Shown: piece by piece, positions 1 to 11,960 of the stretch
How positions within the stretch are numbered: the first letter of the stretch is position 1
How the letters are laid out: each line of letters begins with the position of its first letter
DNA from: Octopus sinensis
Taxonomy: Eukaryota
Assembly: GCF_006345805.1 (NCBI RefSeq)
Contig: NC_043005.1
Location: 9,052,001 to 9,116,000, forward strand
Direction: 5' to 3'
Length of the DNA stretch: 64,000 nt
The notes under the pieces: generated by a model
Seen by the model: only the letters and a program-made list of their open reading frames with translations
What the model was told of the DNA's origin: nothing
Database searches by the model: none
Made by a program: the position numbers and the translations under genes

Positions 1-444
1 TAGATAGATAGAAGTAGATAGATAGATAGATAGATAGACAGATAGACAGACAGACAGATTTAGTTGTACATATAGTTGTATAGGTAGAAAGCAGAAACCA
101 AGGAAACTAATGCTTGTTTGCATCGGCAGAAGATCAAAACATTGTATTGATTAAGTGTGAAGTTGTTAAGTTCGGATATCTTTAGAAGACTCACCGTCGA
201 TAACTTCTTTCTTTGTGCAGAGAGAGAGAGAACAAATATACCATTGTCTTTAGTTCACGAGATCGTGGAAGTAGTGAACGTTTACTTATAGAGAAAAAAA
301 GTAAAACAAATTAGTTTATTAGTTTCTGTGAATGTGTAGGAGGGAAATAATGGCCAAATAAAACAAAAAGAAATCAGAAGTACACGAGATGGGAAGTTAA
401 GGTAGAATAAGAAGGAAAAGCAACAGCGAGATTCCTCTCTTTTT

Positions 445-817
445 CACTCCGTCGGTTACGAAGACGAGGGTTCCGGTTGATCCGAATCAACGGAACAGCC
501 TGCTCGTGAAATTAACGTGTAAGTGGCTGAGCACTCCACAGACACGTGTACCCTTAACGTAGTTCTCGGGGATATTCAGCGTGACACAGAGAGTGACAAG
601 GCCGGCCCTTTGAAATACAGATACAACAGAAATAGGAAGTAAGAGAAAGTTGTGGTGAAAGAGTACAGCAGGGGTCACCACCATCCCCTGCCGGAGCCTT
701 GTGGAGCTTTTAGATGTTTTCGCTCAATAAACACTCACAACGCTCTGTCTGGGAATCGAAACCGCGATCCTATGACCGCGAGTCTGCTGCCCTAACCACT
801 GGGCCATTGCGCCTCCA
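445..817 (-). mobile_element. tRNA-derived SINE, family SINE-A (octopus OR-like)
   Basis: Minus strand starts GGAGGCGCAATGGCCCAGTGGTTAGGGCAG...GGTTTCGATTCCCAG (A and B boxes). Near-identical copies at 3604, 16153 and 35249. Confidence 0.9.
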
Positions 818-1284
818 ACTGAGATTACCGTAGAGTTTAACGCCCAAGACATTTACGGCATTATGGAGTGGAAGTGAGTGATGATTAACAAATTGCTCCC
901 ACTCAGCAGCAACACGATAGTTTCGTTTCTTTTAGAGATAGGTTTCACCTTAACATAGAGCTTACTTGTACTATATATGACACCTCTGACAGCTTATTAG
1001 TTATTCCTGTCAGTATTGACAAACCCCACCTGTTCTTATATCGACTGAGTATAAAACGTTGACTCGCAGTTCTATCTCTATTTCTCCTTTATCTGCTATC
1101 ACATTCTCTCAATTTCTCGGACTTTACCGATTCTTAGTCAAAGTTTCGGATTCCAGCTTCAAGTCTGAAAGTTTGCAACATTTTCTCAAAGATATCGCCG
1201 ACTCCACTTCCCGAGTAATATGTCTCTCCTACACACACTATGAACAACATACAAATCGGTGCACGATTTTCCTGCACCTATCAC

Positions 1285-1519
1285 CTATTTCTTTATTACC
1301 CACAAGGGGCTAAACATAGAGGGGACAAACAAGGACAGACATAGGTATTAAGTCGATTACATCGACCCCAGTGCGTAACTGGTACTTAATTTATCGACCC
1401 CGAAAGGATGAAAGGTAAAGTCGACCTCGGCGGAATTTGAACTGACAACGTAACGGCAGACGAAATACCGCAAAGCATTTCGCCCGGCGTGCTAACGATT
1501 CTACCAGCTCTCCGCCTTA
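1285..1519 (-). mobile_element. tRNA-derived SINE, family SINE-B
   Basis: Degenerate tRNA-like head (GGCGGAGAGCTGGTAGAA...), central CATCCTTTCGGGGTCGATAAATTAAGTACC block, 15-bp TSD TCCTGCACCTATCAC at 1270-1284 and 1520-1534. Confidence 0.92.
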
Positions 1520-1983
1520 TCCTGCACCTATCACTCTATAACCTCTCATTCTGAAGTACGCACCTTCGTAACTTCTTCATTCACTGCGGCACCCACAACC
1601 GTCAAGATTCTCCATGTATCACGTATCACCGCAAATATAAGAGTTTTACAACTTTCGTATTAGAAGTTCCTTAGACTCTCGCCCAAACACCAGAATCTCT
1701 TCACCTATTCCATGTCTGTCCATAGATCAGTAATACCGCGAAAATTACGCTAAATCGTTATCCATTAGATTAAAATATGTCGAGTTCCATCCGTTAACGA
1801 AACAGTCTGCCTCTTCGGGGATCTCTTTTACCAACGCCTTCATTGTGTTCACCAATTCAGTCCGGCCGAAACCGCGGAACTCACAAATTACACAACTTTG
1901 TCTTGCCAATAAACATTTCACAATACGGTCCACTATATTTATATACAAGTAAGCGCAGGAATGAAAGAACAGGTAATAACATT

Positions 1984-2236
1984 ATTCTGTTGTGTCTGGG
2001 GAGAGTCATTATTTTTTTGTGCCTTATAATGTAACACACTCACCGGTAAAATTTCCACTTATTTTTTATTTCTATTTTCCTAAGATTTTCGTTGCGTCGT
2101 GCAACGAAAAGACTATTGAAGAGTCAAGACTATTGAAAAGGTTGCAAGACGCAACGAAAATTTTAGGTGGAAATTTTACCGGTGAGGGCGTTACATTATA
2201 AGGCACAAAAAAAAAAATGACTCTCCCAACAGAATA
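1984..2236. mobile_element. Fold-back/MITE-like element
   Basis: Inverted arms of about 100 bp sharing GAGAGTCATT...GTGCCTTATAATGTAAC..CTCACCGGTAAAATTTCCAC...ATTTTCGTTGCGTC; centre contains AAGACTATTGAA twice. Confidence 0.75.
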
Positions 2237-2324
2237 TGTTTCAAAACACGAACTCATATAAAGAATCTTGTAAACCAAATCCAAAAACGAAATAATAACA
2301 TTATCTTCTTTCGAATTAAATGGA

Positions 2325-2529
2325 CGCTGCTGCTGCTGCTGCTGCTGCTTCTTCTTCTTCTTGTTCTTCTTCTTCTTCTTCTTCTTCTTCTTCTTCTTCT
2401 TCTTCTTCTTCTTCTTCTTCTTCGACTTCTCCTTCTTCTTCTCCTTCTTCTTCTTCTCCTTCTTCTTCCTCCTCCTCCTCCTCCTCCGCCTCCTCTTCTT
2501 CTTCTTCGTCACATGCACATGGCTATGCA

Positions 2530-2558
<29 letters not shown>
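2325..2558. repeat. Compound microsatellite (GCT)n-(CTT/CCT)n then (TG)n
   Basis: Read directly; explains ORFs 2072-2530, 2320-2562 and 2361-2660. Confidence 0.95.
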
Positions 2559-2561
<3 letters not shown>

Positions 2562-2967
2562 AATATGCAGCTTAATATCTTAACGTCCTCCGCGTTTCTG
2601 TATGCATATCAACCACATGAACGGGTGGATATCTTTGAAGATGTACAAACAAGGAGGTGAGATTCTTATGCGTGCATTTGTTCAGACAGGCATGAGATTA
2701 TTGTTATTGACAAGTTTTTTCGCAGTAACAAACCTCCGTATCATTAAAGAATCCCCTTTACTTTGTACTAAGCACAGATCCTGTCTTTGCTTCCTGCTAT
2801 TACTTTTCTTTCTTTTGACAGTCTTTCTCTCACTGATATTCTCCATCTTTGCCTATCCTAAACACATGATTTTGAAAATAAATTCTTTAACCATTTCTCA
2901 AAAGAAATCCTTTACTAATTCTACGATATGATAGAATAACGACAAACAACCTCTTCCTCTCCAGAAA

Positions 2968-3428
2968 CAGACATAATCAGAAAAGTCGGGGTCTCTTTTC
3001 CAAATGGTATAGGAACAGCTATAAAATTATACATACATACAAACTTACATATATATAACACTATACCGTCAGACATAATCAGAAAAGTCGGGGTCTCTTT
3101 TCCAAATGGTATAAGAACATCTATAAAATTATACATACATACAAACATACATACATACAAACTTACATATATATAACACTATGCCGTCAGACATAATCAG
3201 AAAAGTCGGGGTCTCTTTTCCAAATGGTATAGGAACAGCTATAAAATTATACATACATACAAACATACATACATACAAACTTACATATATATAACACTAT
3301 GCCGTCAGACATAATCAGAAAAGTCGGGGTCCCTTTTCCAAATGGTATACGAACAGCTATAAAATTATACATACATACAAACATACATACATACAAACTT
3401 ACATATATATATAACACTATGCCGTCAG
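2968..3428. repeat. Minisatellite, 4 units of 102-120 bp
   Basis: Unit start CAGACATAATCAGAAAAGTCGGGGTC at 2968, 3070, 3188 and 3306; length variation lies mainly in an internal (TACA)n tract. Confidence 0.95.
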
Positions 3429-3486
3429 CATAAGATTTGTAAGCATAAAGAACCATTAAAAATTCTGAGTGTTTATTTTTTCTCTA

Positions 3487-3580
3487 CTCCTGCCTAAATG
3501 AGTAACTGTTTTATTTCTCCTACCTAAATGAGTAACTGTTTTATTTCTCCTGCCTAAATGAGTAACTGTTTTATTTCTCC
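3487..3580. repeat. 30-bp tandem repeat, 3 copies
   Basis: CTCCT(G/A)CCTAAATGAGTAACTGTTTTATTT at 3487, 3517 and 3547. Confidence 0.95.
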
Positions 3581-3603
3581 AATCATAAAAATAGAGTAGG
3601 AAG

Positions 3604-3968
3604 CACTCCGTCGGTTACGACGACGAGGGTTCCGGTTGATCCGAATCAACGGAACAGCCTGCTCGTGAAATTAACGTGTAAGTGGCTGAGCACTCCACAG
3701 GCACGTGTACCCTTAACGTAGTTCTCGGGGATATTCAGCGTGACACAGAGAGTGACAAGGCCGGCCCTTGAAATACAGATACAACAGAAACAGGAAGTAA
3801 GAGTGAGAGAAAGTTGTGGTGAAAGAGTACAGCAGGGATCACCGGAGCCTCGTGGAGCTTTATGTGTTTTCGCTCAATAAACACTCACAACGCCCAGTCT
3901 GGGAATCGAAACCGCGATCCTATGACCGTGAATCCGCTGCCCTAACCACCGGGCCATTGCGCCTCCAC
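3604..3968 (-). mobile_element. SINE-A copy
   Basis: Matches 445-817; probable 10-bp TSD CATAAAAATA at 3584-3593 and 3969-3978. Confidence 0.9.
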
Positions 3969-5489
3969 CATAAAAATAAAAAACACCTAGCAAAGTAGAA
4001 TTAAGTAGTTGTTGTTAATTAATGTTAGGCAGCTCTGATGAAGAATTCGTATCATTGATCAAAGACGTTGCTCTGTTAACCCTCTGGATTTGTGTATCAG
4101 GAAACATATACAAGTAGTACGGCATCATTTGTGTGCCATGGTCTGCTACTTCTATCGAAGTCACATCAGAGGTGTACTTTTTTTGTCAGAAGCGAAGATA
4201 TATATACTTCAGGGGTTTGAAAATATGTGAGGGAAGGATACTCCGAATGGCTGTTTACTGATTAGATCAGATAGTTAAATATGCTCGGATAATTTATATT
4301 TATATTCAGCAGTGAAAGTAATTCGAACACCAAAGCAAGAGCTTTGAATACTATTAGAATTCTGTAAATATTTCCATAAATAGATCCAGGTTGTCGAGAG
4401 AAAACACAGGACACTTTTCGACCTTGTTGTATTTGACCCGGAGGCAAATAGGTACGCGAGTGTTGGAAAGTAAGACGGCCGCAAGGGCATTGAGTTGGTG
4501 CTTTCGATATTGAAACCAAAATTTTAAAACTCACAGTTGACCTAAGTGGGGATTGAACTCTGAGCACGTGTTTGTAGATGTGTGTGTGTGTGTGTGTGTT
4601 GTGTGTGTGTGTGTGTGTGTGTGTGTGAGTGTGTGTGTGTGTATTTTGGATAAATAGATTCCTCGTGATATATAGAGAATTGCATCCAAAAGTTAATGAC
4701 CATAGGGTATAGATAAATATGTATTCAGTTCGTCGAGATTTGGCACAAGTGGAATCCAATTATGAAACAATTGCAAAAGATGTATGTTTGGAGAATTTGT
4801 GAAAGCTGCTGCGAATATCATACAAACACGAAAGCACAGCAGGTTAAATTTCGTTAACAAGGAATAAGATAAAGCTTGAGGCAGAAACACAAATTTACTA
4901 CACAGAGGTCATGCCAATAAGGAATTCAGAAGAAAAAAAATGGAAAATATGATATGAAGATGTATAATGTGAATGGGAAAATCTCAGTGTGTGAAATGCC
5001 CCGAGAGAAATGACAGATCTGACTCTGATATTAAAAGTTCGCTCATGTTATGAACCAATGAAAGCGATGAATCTAGCAGGTTGTTAGAATGCTTCCATAC
5101 CAATACCAAATTTGTGAGCATGGCCAAACAGTGAATTATTCACTTTTGAATCAGACAATTTCTAGTTCAATTCTAGGGCATGGCAACATAGGTGAGTATT
5201 TCTATTTTACCATAATCGCAGGAGACGAAAGGATATTTGAGTGAAAATAGAAAGGCACAAACTGTGGAAGTCTGTCAATGAAGCCTGTAATTTAAAAAAG
5301 CCAGATTTTGTCATGCTACTTAAAATATACGATAATTCTCGCAAACATTGAAGTTGAAAATATTCAACCACTTTCACCTATGTATCATACGATGATGGAG
5401 AAAAGAATATTCATCATCAAATCTGACTGAGACCTCCAATAGATATCAACATTCCCCATGTAGACAGCTGCATCTAGAAAATGAGAAAA

Positions 5490-5830
5490 CTTGCATTGTA
5501 TTATGGAATAGTGTACTAATGCTTCATCTCGGGCAAGGACGATGTACTGCAATAGCTTGGGTTCCAAGGACCCACAGCTATTTAACTATCTGCCGAAGCA
5601 TCTGAGGAGTCCCCATGGGGTGGATGTAGACGTTTTCAAACGTGAACTTAACCTCTGGCTCGCCGAAATCCCGGATGAGCCAATATCTAAACAAGAAACT
5701 CAAAAGAGGGCAGTAGCATCGAACTCCATCCTTCACCAGAAGCTACCCCGACAAAGGTGGAAAGATGACGGTGCTCCAGCATGGCGGTGCTCCAGCATGG
5801 CCACAGTCATTGGACTAAAACATATAAGAG
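5490..5830 (+). mobile_element. 3' fragment of a CR1/L2-group LINE (ORF2 C-terminus plus 3' tail)
   Basis: Peptide YCNSLGSKDPQLFNYLPKHLR...VDVFKRELNLWLAEIPDEP...SNSILHQ resembles the CR1/L2-group end motif (PQLFNxLP...FKxxLD..L..IPDEP...NSL). 16-bp tandem duplication at 5769-5800. Confidence 0.8.
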
Positions 5831-6498
5831 CATAATGCGTTATTCAGCACTGAGTTATTATCTCTGCAAGATTCTTATAAATATGGATCTAAAACAGCAG
5901 CAAGTCTAAAGTGTTTTATGATGGCAATTTGTCACACAATATACTATAATGCTTTACGTAGCGATTACACTCCGCAACAACAACGTATCAACAGAGAAAC
6001 AACCCGCATCATCAAATACCGGCCACTTTCAAATAAATGCAGGAGTAAAAGGGAGGCAACTGACACCAACCGTACAACAGCAATTTTTTGAATCTCCCAC
6101 TACAAATACTGCTACTAGTTTTGATGAAAATCCACCAATAATATAGCCACAAATAATACAGCATTGCTGGTGCTGCCACTAATACACAGTTCTAGTGCTA
6201 CTGCTATTGCTAGCAGCCACGTATGCAATTGCTGCTACAATAGCGTCCCAGCAACAATCAAAGGGGCAACTGAATTCCAGCACTATATAACATTTATAAA
6301 AACATGTGAACTTCCACAACTGAATTGAAATTATTTAAATTCATTTAGTCATGTATTTCAGCACGACTAAATCCTAATTCCAACTGACTGAAACCGGTAA
6401 CATATCATAAAAGTGTAAATGCGTGCTATCTCAATTACTTTATCTTTTTTTGTTTTTTTTTTGTTACAAACTATTTTTGTAAAACCTCTTAAACTTAG

Positions 6499-6538
<40 letters not shown>

Positions 6539-6541
<3 letters not shown>

Positions 6542-6654
6542 CTGCTCGCTTAGCCAGCGGGGTGGCGTCATTTGAAGGCTAAAACAATGCGAAGCGCATT
6601 GTGACCAGCGATGTGTAGCAACATTTGATAGCCTGGCCGGTCACGGTGATCACG

Positions 6655-6659
<5 letters not shown>
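6539..6659 (+). mobile_element. GC-richer repeat fragment embedded in (TA)n
   Basis: About 120 bp flanked on both sides by pure (TA)n; ends TCACGGTGATCACGGTGA. Confidence 0.5.
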
Positions 6660-6692
<33 letters not shown>

Positions 6693-7620
6693 CGTGTGTG
6701 TATGTGTGCGTGCGTGTGAGTTAGAGCTTACCACAACAATCTAAAGGATAAATAAATAGTAGATATAAATGAATGTCTACAGGCTGATGTTTGTCAATTG
6801 ATTATCCTCTCCATTTTCTTATTTACCCTACACACATACATACACATATGTATGCGTGCGTGTTTGTATGCATGTATGGTTGCATGTATGTTACCTTTGG
6901 AAACACCACGGCATGCAGACGCACCCACCCTCCTCTACATACACATACTCTTTCTCTCACTTTCTCTCCAAACAGACAAATATTGCTAACTTTGCAATTT
7001 TCTTGGTATGTCATAACTTTCCATCATAGTTATATATTCCCCATAGAATTCAATTAGTTTCTTAATCATAGTTATCTCTTTTCTTTCGTGTATTTTAGCA
7101 GTTTCTTACAATCCCTCGAACGCTATAACAAAGTCTCCGAAACTCACACTTGTGCAATTTTCATCAATTTGTCTGAATTTTCTTTTTTCATATAATTTAT
7201 ATAACTCTGTTTTGGAATCTGGGTTTCAAACCGATTTTTGTTAAATTACAATTTCACACCCGTGCGTATTTTTGTTATACGCAAGCATATACAAAAATAG
7301 CAAGTTGCATATTCTTCGTATTTTCTTACGTGCTTTATCAATATCTATATTCTCTCTCTCGTGTTCACACCCACTCTCCTCTCATGTACACTTTCACATC
7401 AGCAATTTTCCATTATGACACACACATAAACACAAACTCTAAATATATGTAGATACCCATACACACACACATACATATGCACATATTTTTGGCGTCATAA
7501 GAATGTAGAAAATTTCTGAACTTGAAATAATACTTCGTTCCTGATGTATATATATTTTTATATGTGTGTGTGTATACACACGCGCGAACATATATATGTA
7601 TGTATGCATGTAGATATATG

Positions 7621-7655
<35 letters not shown>

Positions 7656-7689
7656 GTAAGTATGTATGTATGTATGTATGTATGTATGT

Positions 7690-7698
7690 ATGTATGTG

Positions 7699-7734
<36 letters not shown>

Positions 7735-7752
7735 TACATATATCTATATGTT

Positions 7753-7792
<40 letters not shown>

Positions 7793-7864
7793 CACATACA
7801 AATACACAGACATAGACACGCACAATCACGCAGACACACACACACGTAACTATGTATATTTATG

Positions 7865-7900
<36 letters not shown>

Positions 7901-7949
7901 TACATATATCTCTATGTTTCTTTCTTCTCTCTCTCCATCTCTATTTCTT

Positions 7950-7981
<32 letters not shown>

Positions 7982-8053
7982 CACATACAAATACACAGAC
8001 ATAGACACGCACAATCACGCAGACACACACACACGTAACTATGTATATTTATG

Positions 8054-8089
<36 letters not shown>

Positions 8090-8139
8090 TACATATATCT
8101 CTATGTTTCTTTCTTTCTCTCTCTCCATCTCTATTTCTT

Positions 8140-8175
<36 letters not shown>

Positions 8176-8250
8176 CACATACAAATACACAGACATAGAC
8201 ACGCACAATCACGCAGACACACACACACGTAACTATGTATATATATGTAT
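7690..8250. repeat. Higher-order tandem repeat of a compound microsatellite, about 190 bp x3
   Basis: Anchor TACACATACAAATACACAGACATAGACACGCACAATCACGCAG at 7791, 7980 and 8174. Confidence 0.9.
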
Positions 8251-8330
8251 ATATATATATGTGTATATATGTATATTTATATACATGTCTTTGTATGTAT
8301 ATGTATGTATATTTATATACATACATATAT

Positions 8331-8495
8331 AGTTCAAATTTAAAGTAAAACAGAGACAAAGACAGGTGTAAGAATAACAGACAAGTGTACTAGTTTGACG
8401 CTCGGGAGAAATGAAGATTTATTTTACGTAATGAGCCAACGCTCTTCGGCAGAAATGAATAAGAGGAAATAAAGAGACAACGAAAAAGAAAACGT
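8331..8495 (-). mobile_element. Hammerhead-bearing short element, family A, degenerate copy
   Basis: Minus strand ATTT-CTGCCGA-A-GAGC-GTTG-GCTC-ATTA-CGTA-AAAT; downstream sequence similar to 15600-15690; abuts TA-rich microsatellite. Confidence 0.6.
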
Positions 8496-8534
8496 GTTGA
8501 GTTCAGTGGTCCAATATGGCGGTATACATGTCTG

Positions 8535-8617
<83 letters not shown>

Positions 8618-9122
8618 GTCTGTCTATCTGTCTGTCTGTCTGTCTGTCTATCTATCAATCTATCTATCTACACAGATAGTGACACAGAGAGAGAGACAAA
8701 CAGCCAGCCAGCCAGATAGACAGAGAATCACACGTACGCACGCACACACAAACACACACACACACACGCACACACACACACGCGCACACACACGCACATA
8801 CACACACACACACAAGCTCATTCATACCTATACACATATCGTTGACGTCGTAAGAATCTAGCAACTTCGATAACGCGAAATAGTATTTTGTTTATTTTGG
8901 CATTTTAAGGACACTGGATATCGAAGCAAATAAATATGGAAATATTATCATGTGAATATTGAGTTAAAACCCTTTCGATACAGAATTTTGAAGGCTGCCC
9001 GTGGGACTTGGGCTTATATCTATAAAAAAGAGAAACGACTGCCCCGGGCTGGCTCCGGCGACTTGTATCCAAAGCTTCTTCAGCCCAATATTCACGCGCC
9101 ATTATTCATAGATTTATATGCT

Positions 9123-9520
9123 ACTAGCAGTATCGCCCGGCGTTGCTCGGGTTTCTAAGGGAAATAACTATATTAGCATTTTTAGAGATGTAAAGTATAA
9201 TAGCCATCTCAATATGGCTAACCACAAAGGGGGGTGTTACTGTAGCTTTTTACGTTCTGAGATTTAATAATACATTTTTAGAGAGTTACTTCCCTTATAT
9301 AATAGCAAAAAAATACATTAAAAATGGGAAAAATTGATGGTAAATTTTTTTTAAATTCGTAGACTCATCGTAGACGCGCGCTAATACCCAGAAGGGCTCG
9401 ATATGAATCACGACTATAAGATACCCGCTTTTGGTTACACTGCACCGCAAAATGTGGGAGTAGTTAGGAATCTAAATCGTAGGAGACAGACAGCATACAA
9501 CCTCACTTTTAAATATAATA
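9123..9520 (+). mobile_element. Helitron/Helentron-like non-autonomous element
   Basis: Starts ACTAGCAGTATCGCCCGGCGTTGCTCGGG (subterminal hairpin), ends GACAGACAG...CTTTTAAATATA; second copy at 60851-61147. Confidence 0.65.
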
Positions 9521-9714
9521 AATAATTGTACAGCAACCAGCGACATCACTATCGTCATCAATAACAACCAGAGCATCAGTAAGTCATCTCTGATCCCTCA
9601 ACGTGTTTCCTCAATCCACTAAACGGTGTGTTCACGACCCCCTTAAATAAACATTGTATCGCTACGAAAAGAGATGGGTGGAAAAAAATAAAAGGTAAAA
9701 CTCTTGGAAAAGGC

Positions 9715-10590
9715 GTGATATTTGCGGCAGGATTCGAGCGAAATGTTGAGCGGTATTTCGTCCGTCTTTACGTTCTGAGTTCAAATTCCGTCGAGGTCCA
9801 CTTTGCCTTTCATCCTTTCGGGGTCGATTAAATAAGTACCAGTTACGCACTGAAGTCGATATAATCGACTTGATCCGTTTGTTTGTCCTTGTTTGTCCTC
9901 TCTGTGTTTAGCCCCTTGTGGGTAGTAAAGAAATAGGTATTTCGTCTGTCTTCGTGTTCTGAGTTCAAATTCCGCCGAGGTCGACTTTGCCTTAATCCTT
10001 CGGGGTTGATAACTTAAATACCAGTTGATTACTGGAGTCGATGTAATCGATTATCCCCCTCCTCTAAATTTCAGGCCTCATGCTTATGGTAGAAAGGATT
10101 ATAAGTGTTAAAGAAATGATTATAAGAGTTAAGGTGGCGAGCTGGCAGAAACATTAGCACACCGGGCGAAATGCTTAGCAGCATTTCATCTGTCTGTACC
10201 TTCTGATTTCGAATTCCGCCGAGATTAACTTTGCCTTTCATCCTTTCGGGGTCGATAAATTAAGTACCAGTTAAGCACTGGAGTCGATGTAATCAACTTA
10301 ATCCCTTTGTCTGTCCTTGTTTGTCCCCTCTATGTTTAGCCCCTTGTGGACAATAAAGAAATAAGAAAGGATTTTATAAGTGCTATCAAGGCGATGAGTT
10401 ACCAGAATAGTTAGTGTGCCGAGCAAAATGCTTAGCGGCGATTCTTCCGTTTTTTTCTTTTTCTGCAAACTCCACCGAGGTCAGCTATATAATTCAGTTT
10501 TTTCAGCGTCAACAAAATAAGTACCAGTTGAGCACTGCGGTTGGTAACAAATTTCAGGCCTTCTACCCAGGGTAGAAAGGATTATAAAGA
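9715..10590 (+). mobile_element. Cluster of SINE-B and related units (about 4)
   Basis: Repeated B-box and CATCCTTTCGGGGTCGAT-type blocks; full head at about 10131; tandem junction AAGAAATAGGTATTTCGTC at about 9928-9946. Confidence 0.85.
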
Positions 10591-10807
10591 TTCTCGACTA
10601 GATTGAATAGGAGGGTACACAGCATAGGTGGTACTGTAGCATTTATAATTGTAGTTGTTGCGTTATAGCGAGGTTTCCATGGAACTGAGTACAATAAACA
10701 TGATTGTTGAGAAATACGTATAAAAGTGTCTAAATGAACAATAGCTTTTACAATGCTTATATATATTTATATGCATAATATATATATATACATAATATAT
10801 ATATATA

Positions 10808-10843
<36 letters not shown>

Positions 10844-10893
10844 TACATATATATATGGATAGGTGTGGATGTGAGTGCATATACACATAAAAT

Positions 10894-10942
<49 letters not shown>

Positions 10943-11294
10943 TGTGTGTGTGTGTGTGTGTGTGTGAGTGTTTGTATTTACTTGTGTGTGTTTGTCTGTG
11001 CTTAGTGCGTGGTCGTTTGATTATTCATATAAGTTTGTTGCTTGTTAATCGATGTTCTACTAACATCCAGTTTGAGCCGGAATAATAATGAAAAAAAAAA
11101 GTACTCCCACGCACAGCAAGTGGTCCGACCAGTTTTCCAGTGATGGTCATTCACTCGTATTGTCCAATGATTACAAGCCGTTTCTCAGATCGGGCATCCT
11201 GTTCTCATAATGGCTCTGACCTGCCCAACTACCACTAACACCTAAACACCATCGCCTCCAACGCCAAAACCACCCGCACCGCCCCCGTTCTCCG

Positions 11295-11375
11295 CTGCTG
11301 TTGCTGCTGCTGCCACTACTACCACTACTACCACTACTACTGTCACCACCATCACCAGCAGCACCACCACTGCTG

Positions 11376-11406
<31 letters not shown>

Positions 11407-11458
11407 CACCGCCGCCACCACCACCATCACCACCACCACTACCACTACTACTACCACC

Positions 11459-11497
<39 letters not shown>

Positions 11498-11585
11498 GCT
11501 GCTGCTGCTACTACTACTACTACTACTACCACTACCACCACTGCTGCTACTGCTAATGCTGCTGCTGCTGCTGCTGCTGCTAGTG
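11295..11585. repeat. Compound trinucleotide tract (CTG/CTA/CAC)
   Basis: Read directly; source of ORFs 11242-11706 and 11301-11612. Confidence 0.9.
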
Positions 11586-11764
11586 CTATCGCAGCAAAAA
11601 CAAAAGCCTTAGGCACACAGAAATTAGGAAGATTAAAGCAATTAGACAACTTTAAACAATGGAGATCATCAAAGACTTGGAACAAGCAGAGCAACACAAA
11701 AAGCATGCATTCACATAAATGCCTTTATTATATAGAAGGGTCCGTGTGTATGTGTGTCGTGTTG

Positions 11765-11796
<32 letters not shown>

Positions 11797-11924
11797 ATGT
11801 GAATATAGGACAAAGCAATTACATTTCTGTATGTGCGTATATAAGTGTGCAAACGGCTGGCACGCGTACACACACGCATGAGGAAAAATATATAGACACA
11901 CACACGCGCGTGGAAAAATATATA

Positions 11925-11960
<36 letters not shown>

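Noticed and set aside
445-817. SINE heads as tRNA genes; repeated ORF ...NYVKGTRVCGVLSHLHVNFTSRLFR
   Set aside because: The heads run into long SINE bodies with tails and TSDs; the peptide recurs only because the SINE does.
1040-1910. Possible old LINE remnant around the SINE-B insertion
   Set aside because: Purine-rich minus strand, but many stops and no motif I can identify.
2072-2660. Long poly-K/R/Q, poly-S and poly-F ORFs
   Set aside because: Translations of trinucleotide microsatellites; the same applies to 11242-11706, 56038-56762 and the many YI/CV/MYVC-type ORFs.
2968-3580. CRISPR-like array
   Set aside because: Units are contiguous with no unique spacers, there are no cas genes, and the context is eukaryotic.
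4035-4070. CTGATGA motifs here and at 54062
   Set aside because: No helix II followed by GAAA; the second lies inside the R4-like coding frame.
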